Source: an uncultured Acidimicrobiaceae bacterium (GTDB lineage: Bacteria > Actinomycetota > Acidimicrobiia > Acidimicrobiales > Aldehydirespiratoraceae). Taken from it: a stretch of DNA of 64,000 nt. The notes beneath the pieces are model-generated. The model saw only the letters and a list, made by a program, of their open reading frames with translations. It was not told the origin of the DNA and did no database searches. The DNA is taken from the NCBI GenBank assembly GCA_913041415.1, contig CAJWHS010000001.1, positions 3,844-67,843 on the forward strand. The letters are read 5' to 3'. The translations under genes were made by a program, and so were the position numbers. Positions 43,389 to 53,063 of the stretch are shown in pieces. Every line of letters starts with the position of its first letter. The stretch's first letter is position 1.

Positions 43389-44690
43389 ATGGCTGAGCGG
43401 CCCGACTTCTTCGATCTGATCGCCCAGAACCGGCGTCGAACCTGGGTGCTGATGTTCTCGTTCTTCGTCCTGCTCGTGCTGGTCGGTATCGCCGTCAGCA
43501 TCATCGTGGGCGGTGGACTCATCGGCGTGATGTTCGCCGTCGCGATCTCGTTCGGCATCACGTTCAGTTCGTACTTTTCCTCGGCGTCGATCGCGCTCAC
43601 CGCCACCCGGGCGCAGCCAGCCGCTCGAGAGGAATTCGGGCGCCTGCACAATCTGGTCGAGGAGGTCTCGATCGCTGCTGGCGTCCCTAAGCCGGGTGTC
43701 TATGTCGTCCACGACCCCTCCCCCAACGCCTTCGCCACCGGCCGCAACGCCGATAACGCAGCGGTTGCCGTCACCACGGGCTTGATGGACAAGATGAACC
43801 GGGCGGAACTCGAAGGGGTGATTGCCCACGAAGTTGCACACATACGCAATGGCGACATCTTGGTGATGACCGTCGCCGTCGCCACCGTCGGCGCCATCGC
43901 AATGATCTCCGACATCTTCTTTCGGATGCTCTACTGGGGTGGCTTTACCGGCGGCGGCGCCTCACACCGAAGGCGCAGCAGCAGTGACAACAACAACGGC
44001 GCCATGCTACTGATCGTCCTGGCAGCGATTGTCTTCGTTGCGGTACTCGCTCCACTCGCAGCAACCCTGCTCAAGGCCGCTGTATCGCGAAGCCGGGAGT
44101 CGCTCGCTGATGCCACGGCTGTCGAGATCACCCGCTACCCGGGCGGCCTCCGCAGCGCGCTCGAAAAACTCGACGCCGACATCACCGTCATGAAGCGCAC
44201 CTCCCACGCCACTTCACATCTGTGGATCGAGTCGCCCGACGACCACGAGACCGACGACCGAGGCCGCAAGTTCAACGATCGGTTCTCGACCCATCCACCC
44301 CTCGCCGAGCGGATCAACATCCTTCGCAAGATGGAGGGCATACCGCCGTATGAGGGCCCCGACCCGGCCGTGTCTGAGGCGCTGCGCACCATGCAAGACG
44401 ACCGCAACCACCCCGAGTCGGTGGCCGCCATGGTCGGGACCCCAGGCCGGGCGGCGCTCTTCGAGGGCGCGGCTGCCCGCTCAGTCGATCTCGACTCGGT
44501 CTTCGCCGGTGCCGGCGAGGTCGCCGACGAGGACGGCGATCCCGATCACGCCCGGGCCGGTTGGTACGCCGATCCGTCGGGTGAACCCGCGACCCTGCGC
44601 TACTGGAACGGCTCGGACTGGACCGACCACGTCCACAAGATCCCTGGCGGCAACGATCTCTGCGACTCCGGCGCACGCCAGACCCAGTGA
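43389..44690 (+). CDS. htpX: HtpX-like M48 zinc metalloprotease with a C-terminal DUF2510-like extension
   Basis: HEVAHIRNGD (HExxH), TM segments, and the C-terminal block GWYADPSGEPATLRYWNGSDWTDHV. Confidence 0.85.
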   Translation: MAERPDFFDLIAQNRRRTWVLMFSFFVLLVLVGIAVSIIVGGGLIGVMFAVAISFGITFSSYFSSASIALTATRAQPAAREEFGRLHNLVEEVSIAAGVPKPGVYVVHDPSPNAFATGRNADNAAVAVTTGLMDKMNRAELEGVIAHEVAHIRNGDILVMTVAVATVGAIAMISDIFFRMLYWGGFTGGGASHRRRSSSDNNNGAMLLIVLAAIVFVAVLAPLAATLLKAAVSRSRESLADATAVEITRYPGGLRSALEKLDADITVMKRTSHATSHLWIESPDDHETDDRGRKFNDRFSTHPPLAERINILRKMEGIPPYEGPDPAVSEALRTMQDDRNHPESVAAMVGTPGRAALFEGAAARSVDLDSVFAGAGEVADEDGDPDHARAGWYADPSGEPATLRYWNGSDWTDHVHKIPGGNDLCDSGARQTQ

Positions 44691-45331
44691 CGGGCCCCGA
44701 AGCAACTGCCGACGTCGAGCCAGAGCCGACCGTCGGCGTCGGGCCTCATCCCGAACCGTGGCCCGACGACCCGCGCCTCGATGCGTTGCTGTTGGCCGAT
44801 GGCGATCGCCGCAATGTGCTCGACGTCTACCGGTACTGGTCGGTCGAGGCGATTGTCGCCGACCTCGACACCCGTCGGCATCCGTTTCACGTTGCGATCG
44901 AGAACTGGGAACACGATCGCAACATCGGCACGGTTGTGCGGACGGCGAACGCGTTCCTAGCCGCCGAGGTGCACATCGTCGGGAAACGGAAGTGGAACCG
45001 GCGCGGCGCAATGATGACCGACATCTACCAGCACGTCCGGCAACACGAATCGATCGAGGCGTTGCTCGACTGGGCTGCCGCTCATGACGACGGCCCGCTT
45101 CCGGTGATCGGGGTTGACAACCTGCCGGGATCCGTGCCGATCGAGTCGACCGAACTGCCCAAGCGATGCCTCCTGCTCTTCGGTCAGGAGGGTCCGGGCC
45201 TGTCGGACGCCGCTCATGCCGCCGCCGAGCAGGTGTGTTCCATCGCCCAGTTCGGCTCGACCCGCAGCATCAACGCCGGCGTCGCCGCCGGCATCGCGAT
45301 GCACGCCTGGGTGCGCCGCTGGGCTGACTGA
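44687..45331 (+). CDS. TrmH/SpoU-family RNA 2-prime-O-methyltransferase
   Basis: Motifs NIGTVVRTANAF, LLFGQEGPGLS and STRSINAGVAAGIAMH. It has a GTGA overlap with htpX. Confidence 0.8.
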   Translation: MTGPEATADVEPEPTVGVGPHPEPWPDDPRLDALLLADGDRRNVLDVYRYWSVEAIVADLDTRRHPFHVAIENWEHDRNIGTVVRTANAFLAAEVHIVGKRKWNRRGAMMTDIYQHVRQHESIEALLDWAAAHDDGPLPVIGVDNLPGSVPIESTELPKRCLLLFGQEGPGLSDAAHAAAEQVCSIAQFGSTRSINAGVAAGIAMHAWVRRWAD

Positions 45332-45396
45332 AGCGTCTGCCGGAGGCGGATTCTGGGCGGAGATGGAGATCGAGGACGGAGGCGAGACGCCGCCTA

Positions 45397-45726
45397 CTAC
45401 TCGACCATGGCGATGAGTTCCTCGTCGGACGGGATCTCCACGCCCGGGAGGTAGTACGTGTACAGCCCACCGATGACGGTCTCGAGATCGCCGAAGTCCG
45501 ACGAGGCGAGCGTGACCGTGACCATGGAGCCGTAGACGTGCACTGCCGAGACGCCACCGGCATCGAAGAGTCGCTTGGCCAGCTCGGAGGCCGGGTCATC
45601 GGCTTGGATCTCGTCGTCCATCTCGTAGCGGACGTGGCCCATCCCGGTGAGGCTGCGATTCAGCTCGAAGCGCAGGATGCCCGGACGGGGCGACGATGTC
45701 GTGATGAGGGTGACCGGCTGTCCCAT
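45397..45726 (-). CDS. Small Nfu/NifU-N-terminal-like protein
   Basis: 109 aa. SSPRPGILRFELNRSL resembles the Nfu_N start. This is a weak by-eye call. Confidence 0.4.
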   Translation of the reverse strand: MGQPVTLITTSSPRPGILRFELNRSLTGMGHVRYEMDDEIQADDPASELAKRLFDAGGVSAVHVYGSMVTVTLASSDFGDLETVIGGLYTYYLPGVEIPSDEELIAMVE

Positions 45727-45739
45727 AGCGCCTCGAAGA

Positions 45740-46099
45740 CTAGCGACTCCGCGTCCGCCAGACCCACATCGCAGCGCCGATCGAGATGACCATCAGCACC
45801 GAGTGGACCACCTTGAACGAGGCATCGTGGTTGGCATCGAGCACGATGCCGCCACCGCGGACGAGCCAGTAGCCGATCGTCCACCAGATCAGTACCGGCA
45901 GGACCCGATTCCGAGCGGATCGACGAAGGGCGACCACGGCCATCGCGACGAACACGACGACCACCCCGAGGCGCCAGGCAGTCCCCCAGGCCGACAGCTC
46001 ATCGTTCGACACGACGTTTCGGGTTCGCGACGCCCAGAGGAAGAGGGTCCAGCCGATCAAGACGGTGAACGCCGGCCAGGCGCGGAGACGGTCGAGCAC
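45740..46099 (-). CDS. Small hypothetical membrane protein
   Basis: GTG at 46099 lies just after the rnhB stop. Three to four hydrophobic segments are visible. The upstream part of the track ORF overlaps rnhB. Confidence 0.4.
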   Translation of the reverse strand: MLDRLRAWPAFTVLIGWTLFLWASRTRNVVSNDELSAWGTAWRLGVVVVFVAMAVVALRRSARNRVLPVLIWWTIGYWLVRGGGIVLDANHDASFKVVHSVLMVISIGAAMWVWRTRSR

Positions 46100-46101
46100 G
46101 A

Positions 46102-46797
46102 TCAAAACAGTCCGAGCTGGGTGTCGTCGACGGTGCGGACTTGGCCGGTCCAGCGGAGTTCGTCCATGAAAGCCCATCGTCGACGATGGATTGCCGAGGG
46201 GCCGAACCCGGCGAGCGCCGCCTTGTGGCGGGGGCACGGGTACCCCTTGTTTCCGGCAAAGGCGTACGCCGGATAGGTGCGGTGCCAGCGCTCCATCATG
46301 CGGTCGCGGGTGACCTTGGCGACGATCGATGCCGCTGCAATCGACAACGAGACGGTGTCGCCCTTCACCAGCATCGTGGTCGGATGGGTCTCAACGAAGT
46401 CCCAGTTGCCGTCGACGAGGACATGATCCACTGCGATACCGATCCCGCTGATGGCCCGCTGCGCCGCAAGCTTCTGGGCTGCCGACATGCCGAGTTCGTC
46501 GCACTCGGCCTGGCTCGCATGGGCGACGCTGACATGGTCGGCCCATTCGTTCACCCGGTCGAACATGACCTCGCGCTCTGCGGCAGTGAGCATCTTGGAG
46601 TCGCGCACCTTGTAGAGCCGTTTGCCACGCGGCACGACGACAGCTGCCAGCGTGAGTGGCCCAGCCCATGCCCCGCGACCGACCTCGTCGATACCGACGA
46701 CGATCTCATCGCCGACATCCCAACGTGCGCGTTCGACTCGAAGGCCGGGCGCCTTCGCTTTCAGCGCTCCGCGCAGCTGCGGCGCTCTCGAGCTCAC
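46102..46797 (-). CDS. rnhB: Ribonuclease HII
   Basis: Motifs GIDEVGRGAWAGPL and DSKML. Confidence 0.9.
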   Translation of the reverse strand: MSSRAPQLRGALKAKAPGLRVERARWDVGDEIVVGIDEVGRGAWAGPLTLAAVVVPRGKRLYKVRDSKMLTAAEREVMFDRVNEWADHVSVAHASQAECDELGMSAAQKLAAQRAISGIGIAVDHVLVDGNWDFVETHPTTMLVKGDTVSLSIAAASIVAKVTRDRMMERWHRTYPAYAFAGNKGYPCPRHKAALAGFGPSAIHRRRWAFMDELRWTGQVRTVDDTQLGLF

Positions 46798-48305
46798 AAC
46801 AGCGACGGTGGCGGATCGTTCGGGTCGAGCCGGACACCTTCCCGCCGCGCCTCGGGGGCCGACGTTGCGACGGGTTCCTCGTCCACATCAGCGACGAACA
46901 TCATCTCGGCCCCGGCCGGCGCCGCAAGCAGTGCCTCGCCGGACCGTTCGGAGCTCGACCAGTCCGGATCGAGGCCAGGGCAGCGGAGCACAGCGCCATC
47001 GGGGCCACCGTCTCGCTGCCACAAGACCGCGGGGCGTTCGCGATGCCATCGGACACTGAACGAGAGAGCACCGAGGCCGGTCACCATGCCGCGAACGTCG
47101 ACCGGCTGACCGAACCAGGTCGTGGGCACCTCGGGCAACATGTCGATCCGTTCGACGAGATCGATGTCGCGGAAGAGATGGCCGAGCACTCGCTCGGCAC
47201 CACGGGCGACGGCAGAACTCATGGCCCGATCTGCGAGGGTCAGCGTGTCGAGCAGGGCACGGGCGTCGGCGGCGGCTCCGGGATGGGAGCCATCGAGCGC
47301 CCGGGCAACGAGCGACACGGTCCGGCGGTCGAGCCGATTGCGGGCGAGTTTGGCGAGCGGGCCGGCGACCTCGGCGAGCTCCGACGGTACGCCCTGACGC
47401 AACTCCTTCGACGCAAACGCCCGCAGGGCCACGACGGCGGCATCGGAGCCGAGTCGGTTGCGGTCAGCGGCGGCGAGGACCGCCTTGCGGCCCCGGTCGG
47501 CTTCGTCGTGCATGCCGGCCAGGTCGAGCCACCAGGCTGCTTCGCCGGCAGCGATCGGGTCGTCGTCGCCGACGGCGAGCACGAGGTCGCCCAGCACGCG
47601 GCGCCAGGCGGCGGACAGATCGACGTCGGGAACATCGACAGTCATGGCGTCGGCGGTGATGGCCTTCCACCCTGCGGCGACGTCCTCGGGCGCAGTGGGG
47701 CGGGCCGGCAGGTCGCCGGTGATCGACACGAGCACCGTGATGGTCTGACGGTGTGGGAGCGGGACGAGCACGGCAGCTTCGTTCTCTCCATCGGCCGACG
47801 CTGCAGAGGGATCGGCCTCCACCAGGGTCCAGACCTCGGGTCCGGCGACGACCGCACCAGCATCGACACACGGCCGGATCCAGGGCACGCCATCAAGTTT
47901 GGTACACGATAGTTCAGCGCGAATGCGCCCGTTCGTGAGGCCGACAACGGCGACCACGACAGCGTCGGGTGAGGCGTTCTCGAACTGCCACTCCAGGGTG
48001 CGGCCGTTGCCATCGGTGGTGATAGCGGACCTCTGGATGACATCGCCGCCCGGGACCCGCATCCACGTCTCGTAGACGGGCGCGTCGTCCAGACGGTTCT
48101 GGCGCACGGCGGCCGACGTCGACGAGCGCTTCCACTCACGAGCGGTGCGGACACCCCATTCGAGACGCCACGATCCGTCGAGGGTGGCGACGGCACCGTC
48201 GGGGGCAATCCGGGCGATCGGTCCGGCGAGGTCGCCGATCAGGGCGCCAAACGATGGGTCGAGTGGCGTGAGGTTCCGGCGCCGGAGGCGATCGAGGAGT
48301 CCCAT
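46794..48305 (-). CDS. Hypothetical 503-aa protein
   Basis: Long ORF with coding-type GC3 bias and a 4-nt overlap with rnhB. I recognise no motif. Confidence 0.55.
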   Translation of the reverse strand: MGLLDRLRRRNLTPLDPSFGALIGDLAGPIARIAPDGAVATLDGSWRLEWGVRTAREWKRSSTSAAVRQNRLDDAPVYETWMRVPGGDVIQRSAITTDGNGRTLEWQFENASPDAVVVAVVGLTNGRIRAELSCTKLDGVPWIRPCVDAGAVVAGPEVWTLVEADPSAASADGENEAAVLVPLPHRQTITVLVSITGDLPARPTAPEDVAAGWKAITADAMTVDVPDVDLSAAWRRVLGDLVLAVGDDDPIAAGEAAWWLDLAGMHDEADRGRKAVLAAADRNRLGSDAAVVALRAFASKELRQGVPSELAEVAGPLAKLARNRLDRRTVSLVARALDGSHPGAAADARALLDTLTLADRAMSSAVARGAERVLGHLFRDIDLVERIDMLPEVPTTWFGQPVDVRGMVTGLGALSFSVRWHRERPAVLWQRDGGPDGAVLRCPGLDPDWSSSERSGEALLAAPAGAEMMFVADVDEEPVATSAPEARREGVRLDPNDPPPSLL

Positions 48306-48333
48306 GGGTTCGTTCGTCGTCCTTTCGAGCGCC

Positions 48334-48510
48334 CTAGTCGGGATCGATCTCTCTGGCAGCGGGAGTGTTCACGAGGCCGGCATAGGCCTCGAGGGCAGTG
48401 CGGCCGTCCTGGGCGCAAGCCCGCATCTGGCCGGCGATCAGCGTACGGGTGGGGTGGGCGACCATGGTGCCCCAGGATCCGGCGCCGACGACGGCCACAC
48501 GCATGGACAT
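48334..48510 (-). pseudogene. 58-codon ORF whose first ~17 codons look like the gpsA N-terminus
   Basis: MSMRVAVVGAGSWGT is a GxGxxG Rossmann start typical of glycerol-3-phosphate dehydrogenase, and the remainder is unrelated. It lies divergent from cofC, as gpsA does from fbiD in mycobacteria. It falls below the ORF-track cutoff and I translated it by hand. Confidence 0.35.
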
Positions 48511-48532
48511 GGCCCCACCCTAGACTCGCGCC

Positions 48533-49111
48533 GTGGTCGCCACCGACGCCGCCGTGCTGATCCCACTCCGGTCGTTCGACGACGCCAAGACCCGCCTCGC
48601 CGACGTGTTGTCCCCTGACGACCGTCGGCGCCTTGCGATGGCGATGGCGGAACGCGTCGTCAGGGCGGCACGAGATCTTCCGGTGTACGTGGTGAGCGAC
48701 GACGCCGACGTGCTGCGCTGGGCCGAGCGCCTGGGCGCCGACGGGCTTGCACCTGCCGTCAACGGACTCAACGAAAGCATCGACGCGGCCATCGCTCTCG
48801 TCATCGCCGACGACGATCCACCGACCCGGGTAATCATCGCCCACGCCGACCTGCCGCTCGCCGACGACCTTCGAGTGGTCGACGGACCCGGCCTCGCCAT
48901 TGCGCCCGACCAGGCGCGCGACGGCAGCAATGTGTTGTCGATCCCGCTCGGGTCGGGCTTCGAATTCCACTACGGGCCCGGTTCATTTGCCGCCCACTGT
49001 GCTGAGGCTGAGCGCCTCGGGCTCGAGATCACCGTCGTTGACGAGCCCTCGCTTGCACTCGACGTCGACGATCCCGGCGACCTTGCCCACCTCCAGGTGG
49101 AAGGATCCTGA
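48533..49111 (+). CDS. cofC: 2-phospho-L-lactate / phosphoenolpyruvate guanylyltransferase (F420 biosynthesis)
   Basis: 192 aa. AVLIPLRSFDDAKTRL...HADLPL matches the CofC/FbiD layout. Confidence 0.75.
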   Translation: MVATDAAVLIPLRSFDDAKTRLADVLSPDDRRRLAMAMAERVVRAARDLPVYVVSDDADVLRWAERLGADGLAPAVNGLNESIDAAIALVIADDDPPTRVIIAHADLPLADDLRVVDGPGLAIAPDQARDGSNVLSIPLGSGFEFHYGPGSFAAHCAEAERLGLEITVVDEPSLALDVDDPGDLAHLQVEGS

Positions 49112-49113
49112 CG

Positions 49114-49854
49114 ATGCGTGTCGATCTGCCCGGGCCGACCAGCGCGCTCGCAGTCGGCGCCCATCCCGACGACATCGAGTTCGAGTGTGGCGGCACGCTT
49201 GCGAAGTGGGGCGCCGCCGGCGCTGCGATCCATCTTCTGATCTGCACCGACGGGTCCAAAGGGACGTGGGACGTCGATGCCGACACCGCCGTCCTCATCG
49301 CACGCCGGCAGACTGAACAACGAGAGGCCGCCCGCCGTATCCACCCCGACGCCCAGGTCCACTTCCTCGGCGAAGTCGACGGCGAACTCGCCAACACGGT
49401 CGAGCTTCGAGGCCGCGTTGCCCGCGTGATCCGCGAGACCGCTCCCAGCATCGTGCTCGGCCACGACCCCTGGCGCCGGTGGCGCATGCACCCCGACCAC
49501 CGCAACGCCGGTTTCCTCACTGTCGACGCCGTCGTTGCCGCCCGTGATCCGCACTACCACCGTGAGCACATGGCCGACGGCCTCACCCACCACCGCCCAC
49601 GAGCGCTTCTCCTGTTCGAGTGCGAGGAGCCCGATCATGTCGAGCGCATCGAGCAGCGACATGTCGACGCCAAGGTGGATGCGCTGCTCGCCCACGAAAG
49701 CCAGTTCGAGACGACGATGCTGATCGCCGACAACGACGATGGCACCCAGGCAGCTTCGTTCCGTGAGCGAACCGTGCGCGAGGCCCGCAATCATGGGCGA
49801 ATCGGTGGTGTCGGGCTTGGCGAGGCATTCCGCCACATGGACCCGGCGTCCTGA
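49114..49854 (+). CDS. PIG-L/LmbE-family deacetylase
   Basis: VGAHPDDIEF motif and the HPDH region. Confidence 0.8.
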   Translation: MRVDLPGPTSALAVGAHPDDIEFECGGTLAKWGAAGAAIHLLICTDGSKGTWDVDADTAVLIARRQTEQREAARRIHPDAQVHFLGEVDGELANTVELRGRVARVIRETAPSIVLGHDPWRRWRMHPDHRNAGFLTVDAVVAARDPHYHREHMADGLTHHRPRALLLFECEEPDHVERIEQRHVDAKVDALLAHESQFETTMLIADNDDGTQAASFRERTVREARNHGRIGGVGLGEAFRHMDPAS

Positions 49855-49949
49855 GCCGGTCGGTCGTGCGCGGAACGCAGTGAAACGCTCCGCCGGTCCG
49901 GCACGCGTCCGGCAGCGTTCTGCGACACGCGGGTGCACGTCGAGGTTGT

Positions 49950-50411
49950 TTGACGCTCGGCGATCCGGTCGACCATGAAGAGGTGACCGTCACACTTGTC
50001 CACGCTGCGGCGACCTGGTTTCTCGTCGGATTGATCTGGATCATCCAGGTCGTCCACTATCCGCTATTCAGCCGGGTCGGCGAGGACGGCTTCGTTGCGT
50101 ACGAGGCAGCCCACACCCGTCTCATCTCCCTCGTCGTCGGTCCGGCGATGCTCACCGAAGGCGTCGCCACCTTGTGGCTCTTCTTCGCCCCGCCCGACGG
50201 GCTGACGCGCACCCTGCCCCTGATCGCCGGACTGGTGCTCGCGGCCGTACACCTGTCGACCATCACCCTCCAAGTGCCCGCCCACGGACGGCTCGAGCTC
50301 GGATGGGATCCCATCGTCGCCGCCCGGCTCGTGCGGACGAACTGGATCCGCACCATTGGCTGGACCATCCGGGGGGTACTCGCTCTGTTCATGATCGAGG
50401 CCATCGCATGA
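49950..50411 (+). CDS. Hypothetical 4-TM membrane protein (DUF1772-like?)
   Basis: Hydrophobic profile, and an ATGA overlap with the photolyase-family gene. The start is uncertain. Confidence 0.5.
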   Translation: MTLGDPVDHEEVTVTLVHAAATWFLVGLIWIIQVVHYPLFSRVGEDGFVAYEAAHTRLISLVVGPAMLTEGVATLWLFFAPPDGLTRTLPLIAGLVLAAVHLSTITLQVPAHGRLELGWDPIVAARLVRTNWIRTIGWTIRGVLALFMIEAIA

Positions 50412-51919
50412 CCGACGCTCGCCCTACGGTCTGGGTCCTCGGTGACCAGCTACGTCGTGCGGCGGGTGTGCTCGCCGACCACACTCCCGACACCTGTCGG
50501 GTCCTGCTCGTCGAGAGTGAATCGATTCTCGCCCGCCACCGGTGGCACCGTCAGCGGGCCCACATGGTGATCTCCGCGATGCGGCACTTCGCCGCCGAAC
50601 TCGAAGCGGAGGGCTTCGACGTCGACCACCGACGGGTACCGACGCTCGCTGCGGGGTTGCGAGCCCACAGCGACGAGTTCGGGGTCGAACGGGTACTCGC
50701 CACCTCGCCGTCGAGTCACAACGCAGTCGCCCGGCTCGAAGCGCTCGGTGTCGAACTCTCAGCCAACACGTTCTTCATCACCGATTACCGCGAGTTCGGC
50801 GAGTGGGCCGACGGCCGAAAACGCCTCCGGATGGAGGATTTCTACCGTCGGCAGCGCATCGATCTCGACGTCTTGATGGACGGCGACAAACCCGCCGGCG
50901 GGACATGGAACTTTGACCACGAGAATCGCGAACCGCCACCCAGGGACGGGCGGGCGTGGCCGACGCTCGATCCGTTCCCGCTTGATGACATCGACCGTGA
51001 CGTGATGGCCGAGCTGGAAGCGAGCGACGACATCGCACTTTGGGGGGCCACTCCCGACGGCCGTTGGCCGGTCACCCGGGTACAGGCGCTCGATCGGCTG
51101 CAGCGCTTTGTCGACGAAGGACTGCCGGGCTTCGGCGCCCACGAGGACGCCATGCTTGCGGCCGAATGGAAGCTCGCCCACAGTGTGCTCAGCAGCGCCA
51201 TGAACATCGGTCTGCTCGACCCGATGGAGGTGGTCCGGGCGGCCGAGCTCGCGTATCGAGAGGGCCGAGCCCCGATCAACAGTGTCGAGGGCTTCATTCG
51301 CCAGGTGATGGGCTGGCGGGAGTACGTCTGGGGTCTCTACTGGTTCTTCGGGCCCGAGTACCGCACCGAAAACCAGCTGGAAGCCCACCGCCCGGTGCCA
51401 TCATCGTTCACGGGTGATGCCCCCACCGAGATGGCGTGCGTGTCGTCGGTCGTGCAGGGCATCCACGACCGGGCCTATGCCCATCACATCGAACGGCTAA
51501 TGGTGATCGGTAACTTCTCACTGCTCACCGGTGTCGACCCCTGGGCGCTCACGGAGTGGATGTGGGCGAACTTCATCGACGGCGCCGAATGGGTAATGCT
51601 GCCCAATGTGATCGGCATGGCGTTGCATGCCGACGGCGGACGCATGGCCACCAAGCCCTATGCGGCCGGCGGGGCGTACATCAACAAGATGAGCGACCAC
51701 TGCAAGGGCTGCCGGTTCAACCCGAAGAAGCGCACGGGGGACGACGCCTGCCCGTTCACCTCGCTCTATTGGGACTTCCTCGCCCGCAATGAGCACCGGC
51801 TGAAGGGCAACGCCCGGCTAGGCCAGCAGCTCGCCGGCATGCGACGACTCGCCGATCTTGAGGCGACTCGCGAGCGGGCGGCCGAGGTGCTGGTCGGCCT
51901 GGATCGCGGCGAGATCTGA
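50408..51919 (+). CDS. Cryptochrome/photolyase-family protein of the FeS-BCP / (6-4) photolyase-related type
   Basis: ATG at 50408. COG3046-like N-terminus VWVLGDQL, with a C-terminal Cys set including CKGCRFNP...DACPF. Confidence 0.8.
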   Translation: MTDARPTVWVLGDQLRRAAGVLADHTPDTCRVLLVESESILARHRWHRQRAHMVISAMRHFAAELEAEGFDVDHRRVPTLAAGLRAHSDEFGVERVLATSPSSHNAVARLEALGVELSANTFFITDYREFGEWADGRKRLRMEDFYRRQRIDLDVLMDGDKPAGGTWNFDHENREPPPRDGRAWPTLDPFPLDDIDRDVMAELEASDDIALWGATPDGRWPVTRVQALDRLQRFVDEGLPGFGAHEDAMLAAEWKLAHSVLSSAMNIGLLDPMEVVRAAELAYREGRAPINSVEGFIRQVMGWREYVWGLYWFFGPEYRTENQLEAHRPVPSSFTGDAPTEMACVSSVVQGIHDRAYAHHIERLMVIGNFSLLTGVDPWALTEWMWANFIDGAEWVMLPNVIGMALHADGGRMATKPYAAGGAYINKMSDHCKGCRFNPKKRTGDDACPFTSLYWDFLARNEHRLKGNARLGQQLAGMRRLADLEATRERAAEVLVGLDRGEI

Positions 51920-51965
51920 TTCGCCTGCCAACACTCGGCTGTGGCCGAGGGCGCTCGGTATCTGA

Positions 51966-53063
51966 TCAGTCTGATCGGGTCGGGAAATCGATGTAGCCCT
52001 GCGGTCCGGGGTCGTAGATGTGGTGGGCGCGGGTGGACGCCAACTCGTGCCCGCCGGCGATGCGATCGACGAGATCCGGGTTGGTGATGAAACGCCGTCC
52101 GAACGCAACGGCGTCACCGCGTCCCTCGGCAAGGGCCTGGTTCGCCTCAGCTGGCTCGTAACTGTCATTGATGATCAGCGGGCCCGAGAACCCCTGTCGG
52201 CACAGTGCCTCGTTGTCGACCGGTCCCGTCGGCAGACGGATTGTGTGGCAGTACGCGAGCCCGAGCGGATCAAGCGCAGCCAGCAAGGCGCGAAATGTCT
52301 CCTCGGGATCGTCGTCGTGGAGATCGTTGTAGGGATTGCCGGGACAGATCCGAAAGCCGATGCGGTCTGCGCCGTCGACGTCGGCCATTGCGCTTGCCAC
52401 CTCGACGACGAAGCGGATCCGGCCGGCGACCGATCCACCCCAGTCGTCGTCGCGATGGTTCGCGCCGGTCGACAGGAACTGGGCCGGCAGGTAGCCGCTG
52501 GTGCCGTGAAGTTCGACGCCATCGAAGCCGGCCTCGAACGCGAGTTCCGTGCTGCGCTCGTAGTCGGCGATCACGCTGGCGATCTCGTCGGCGTCGAGCG
52601 CTCGAGGGGGATCGCAGGGCTGCATGGTGCCACCGTCGACGCCGGTGTACATTCGCTGACGAGCAGCGACAGCCGAGGGCGCAATCGTCTCGGCATCGGC
52701 CGCCTTGTTGGCAGCCGCCGCAACACGGCCAACGTGCATCATCTGCATCACGATCGTGCCGCCCTCGGCATGAACCGCCTCGGTGACCCGTCGCCACCCC
52801 GCCGCGTGGTCGCTGCTCACCAGCCCCGGCGTTCGGCAATAGCCCTTGCCGTCCTCGGACGGATAGACACCCTCGGTTATGATCAGGCCGGCGCCGGCTC
52901 GCTGACGGTAGTACTCGACCATGATGTCGGTGACCGCTCCGTCGGGGGTCGCTTGTGAGCGGGTCATCGGCGCCATCACGACGCGATTTCGGAGTCCGAT
53001 CCGACCGAACCGGGCCGGAGTCATGAGGTTAACGAATCGGGCGTCGCCGTCGGTGGAGCTCAT
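51966..53063 (-). CDS. Old Yellow Enzyme family NADH:flavin oxidoreductase / alkene reductase
   Basis: Motifs VMAPMTR and ELHGTSGYLPAQFLS. Confidence 0.9.
   Translation of the reverse strand: MSSTDGDARFVNLMTPARFGRIGLRNRVVMAPMTRSQATPDGAVTDIMVEYYRQRAGAGLIITEGVYPSEDGKGYCRTPGLVSSDHAAGWRRVTEAVHAEGGTIVMQMMHVGRVAAAANKAADAETIAPSAVAARQRMYTGVDGGTMQPCDPPRALDADEIASVIADYERSTELAFEAGFDGVELHGTSGYLPAQFLSTGANHRDDDWGGSVAGRIRFVVEVASAMADVDGADRIGFRICPGNPYNDLHDDDPEETFRALLAALDPLGLAYCHTIRLPTGPVDNEALCRQGFSGPLIINDSYEPAEANQALAEGRGDAVAFGRRFITNPDLVDRIAGGHELASTRAHHIYDPGPQGYIDFPTRSD

Noticed and set aside
49989-50009. GTCACAC-TTGTCCAC-GCTGCG near the membrane and photolyase genes.
   Set aside because: It has no CCCCT spacer and no TAnnnT-like hexamer, and it lies inside the probable coding region of the membrane protein.
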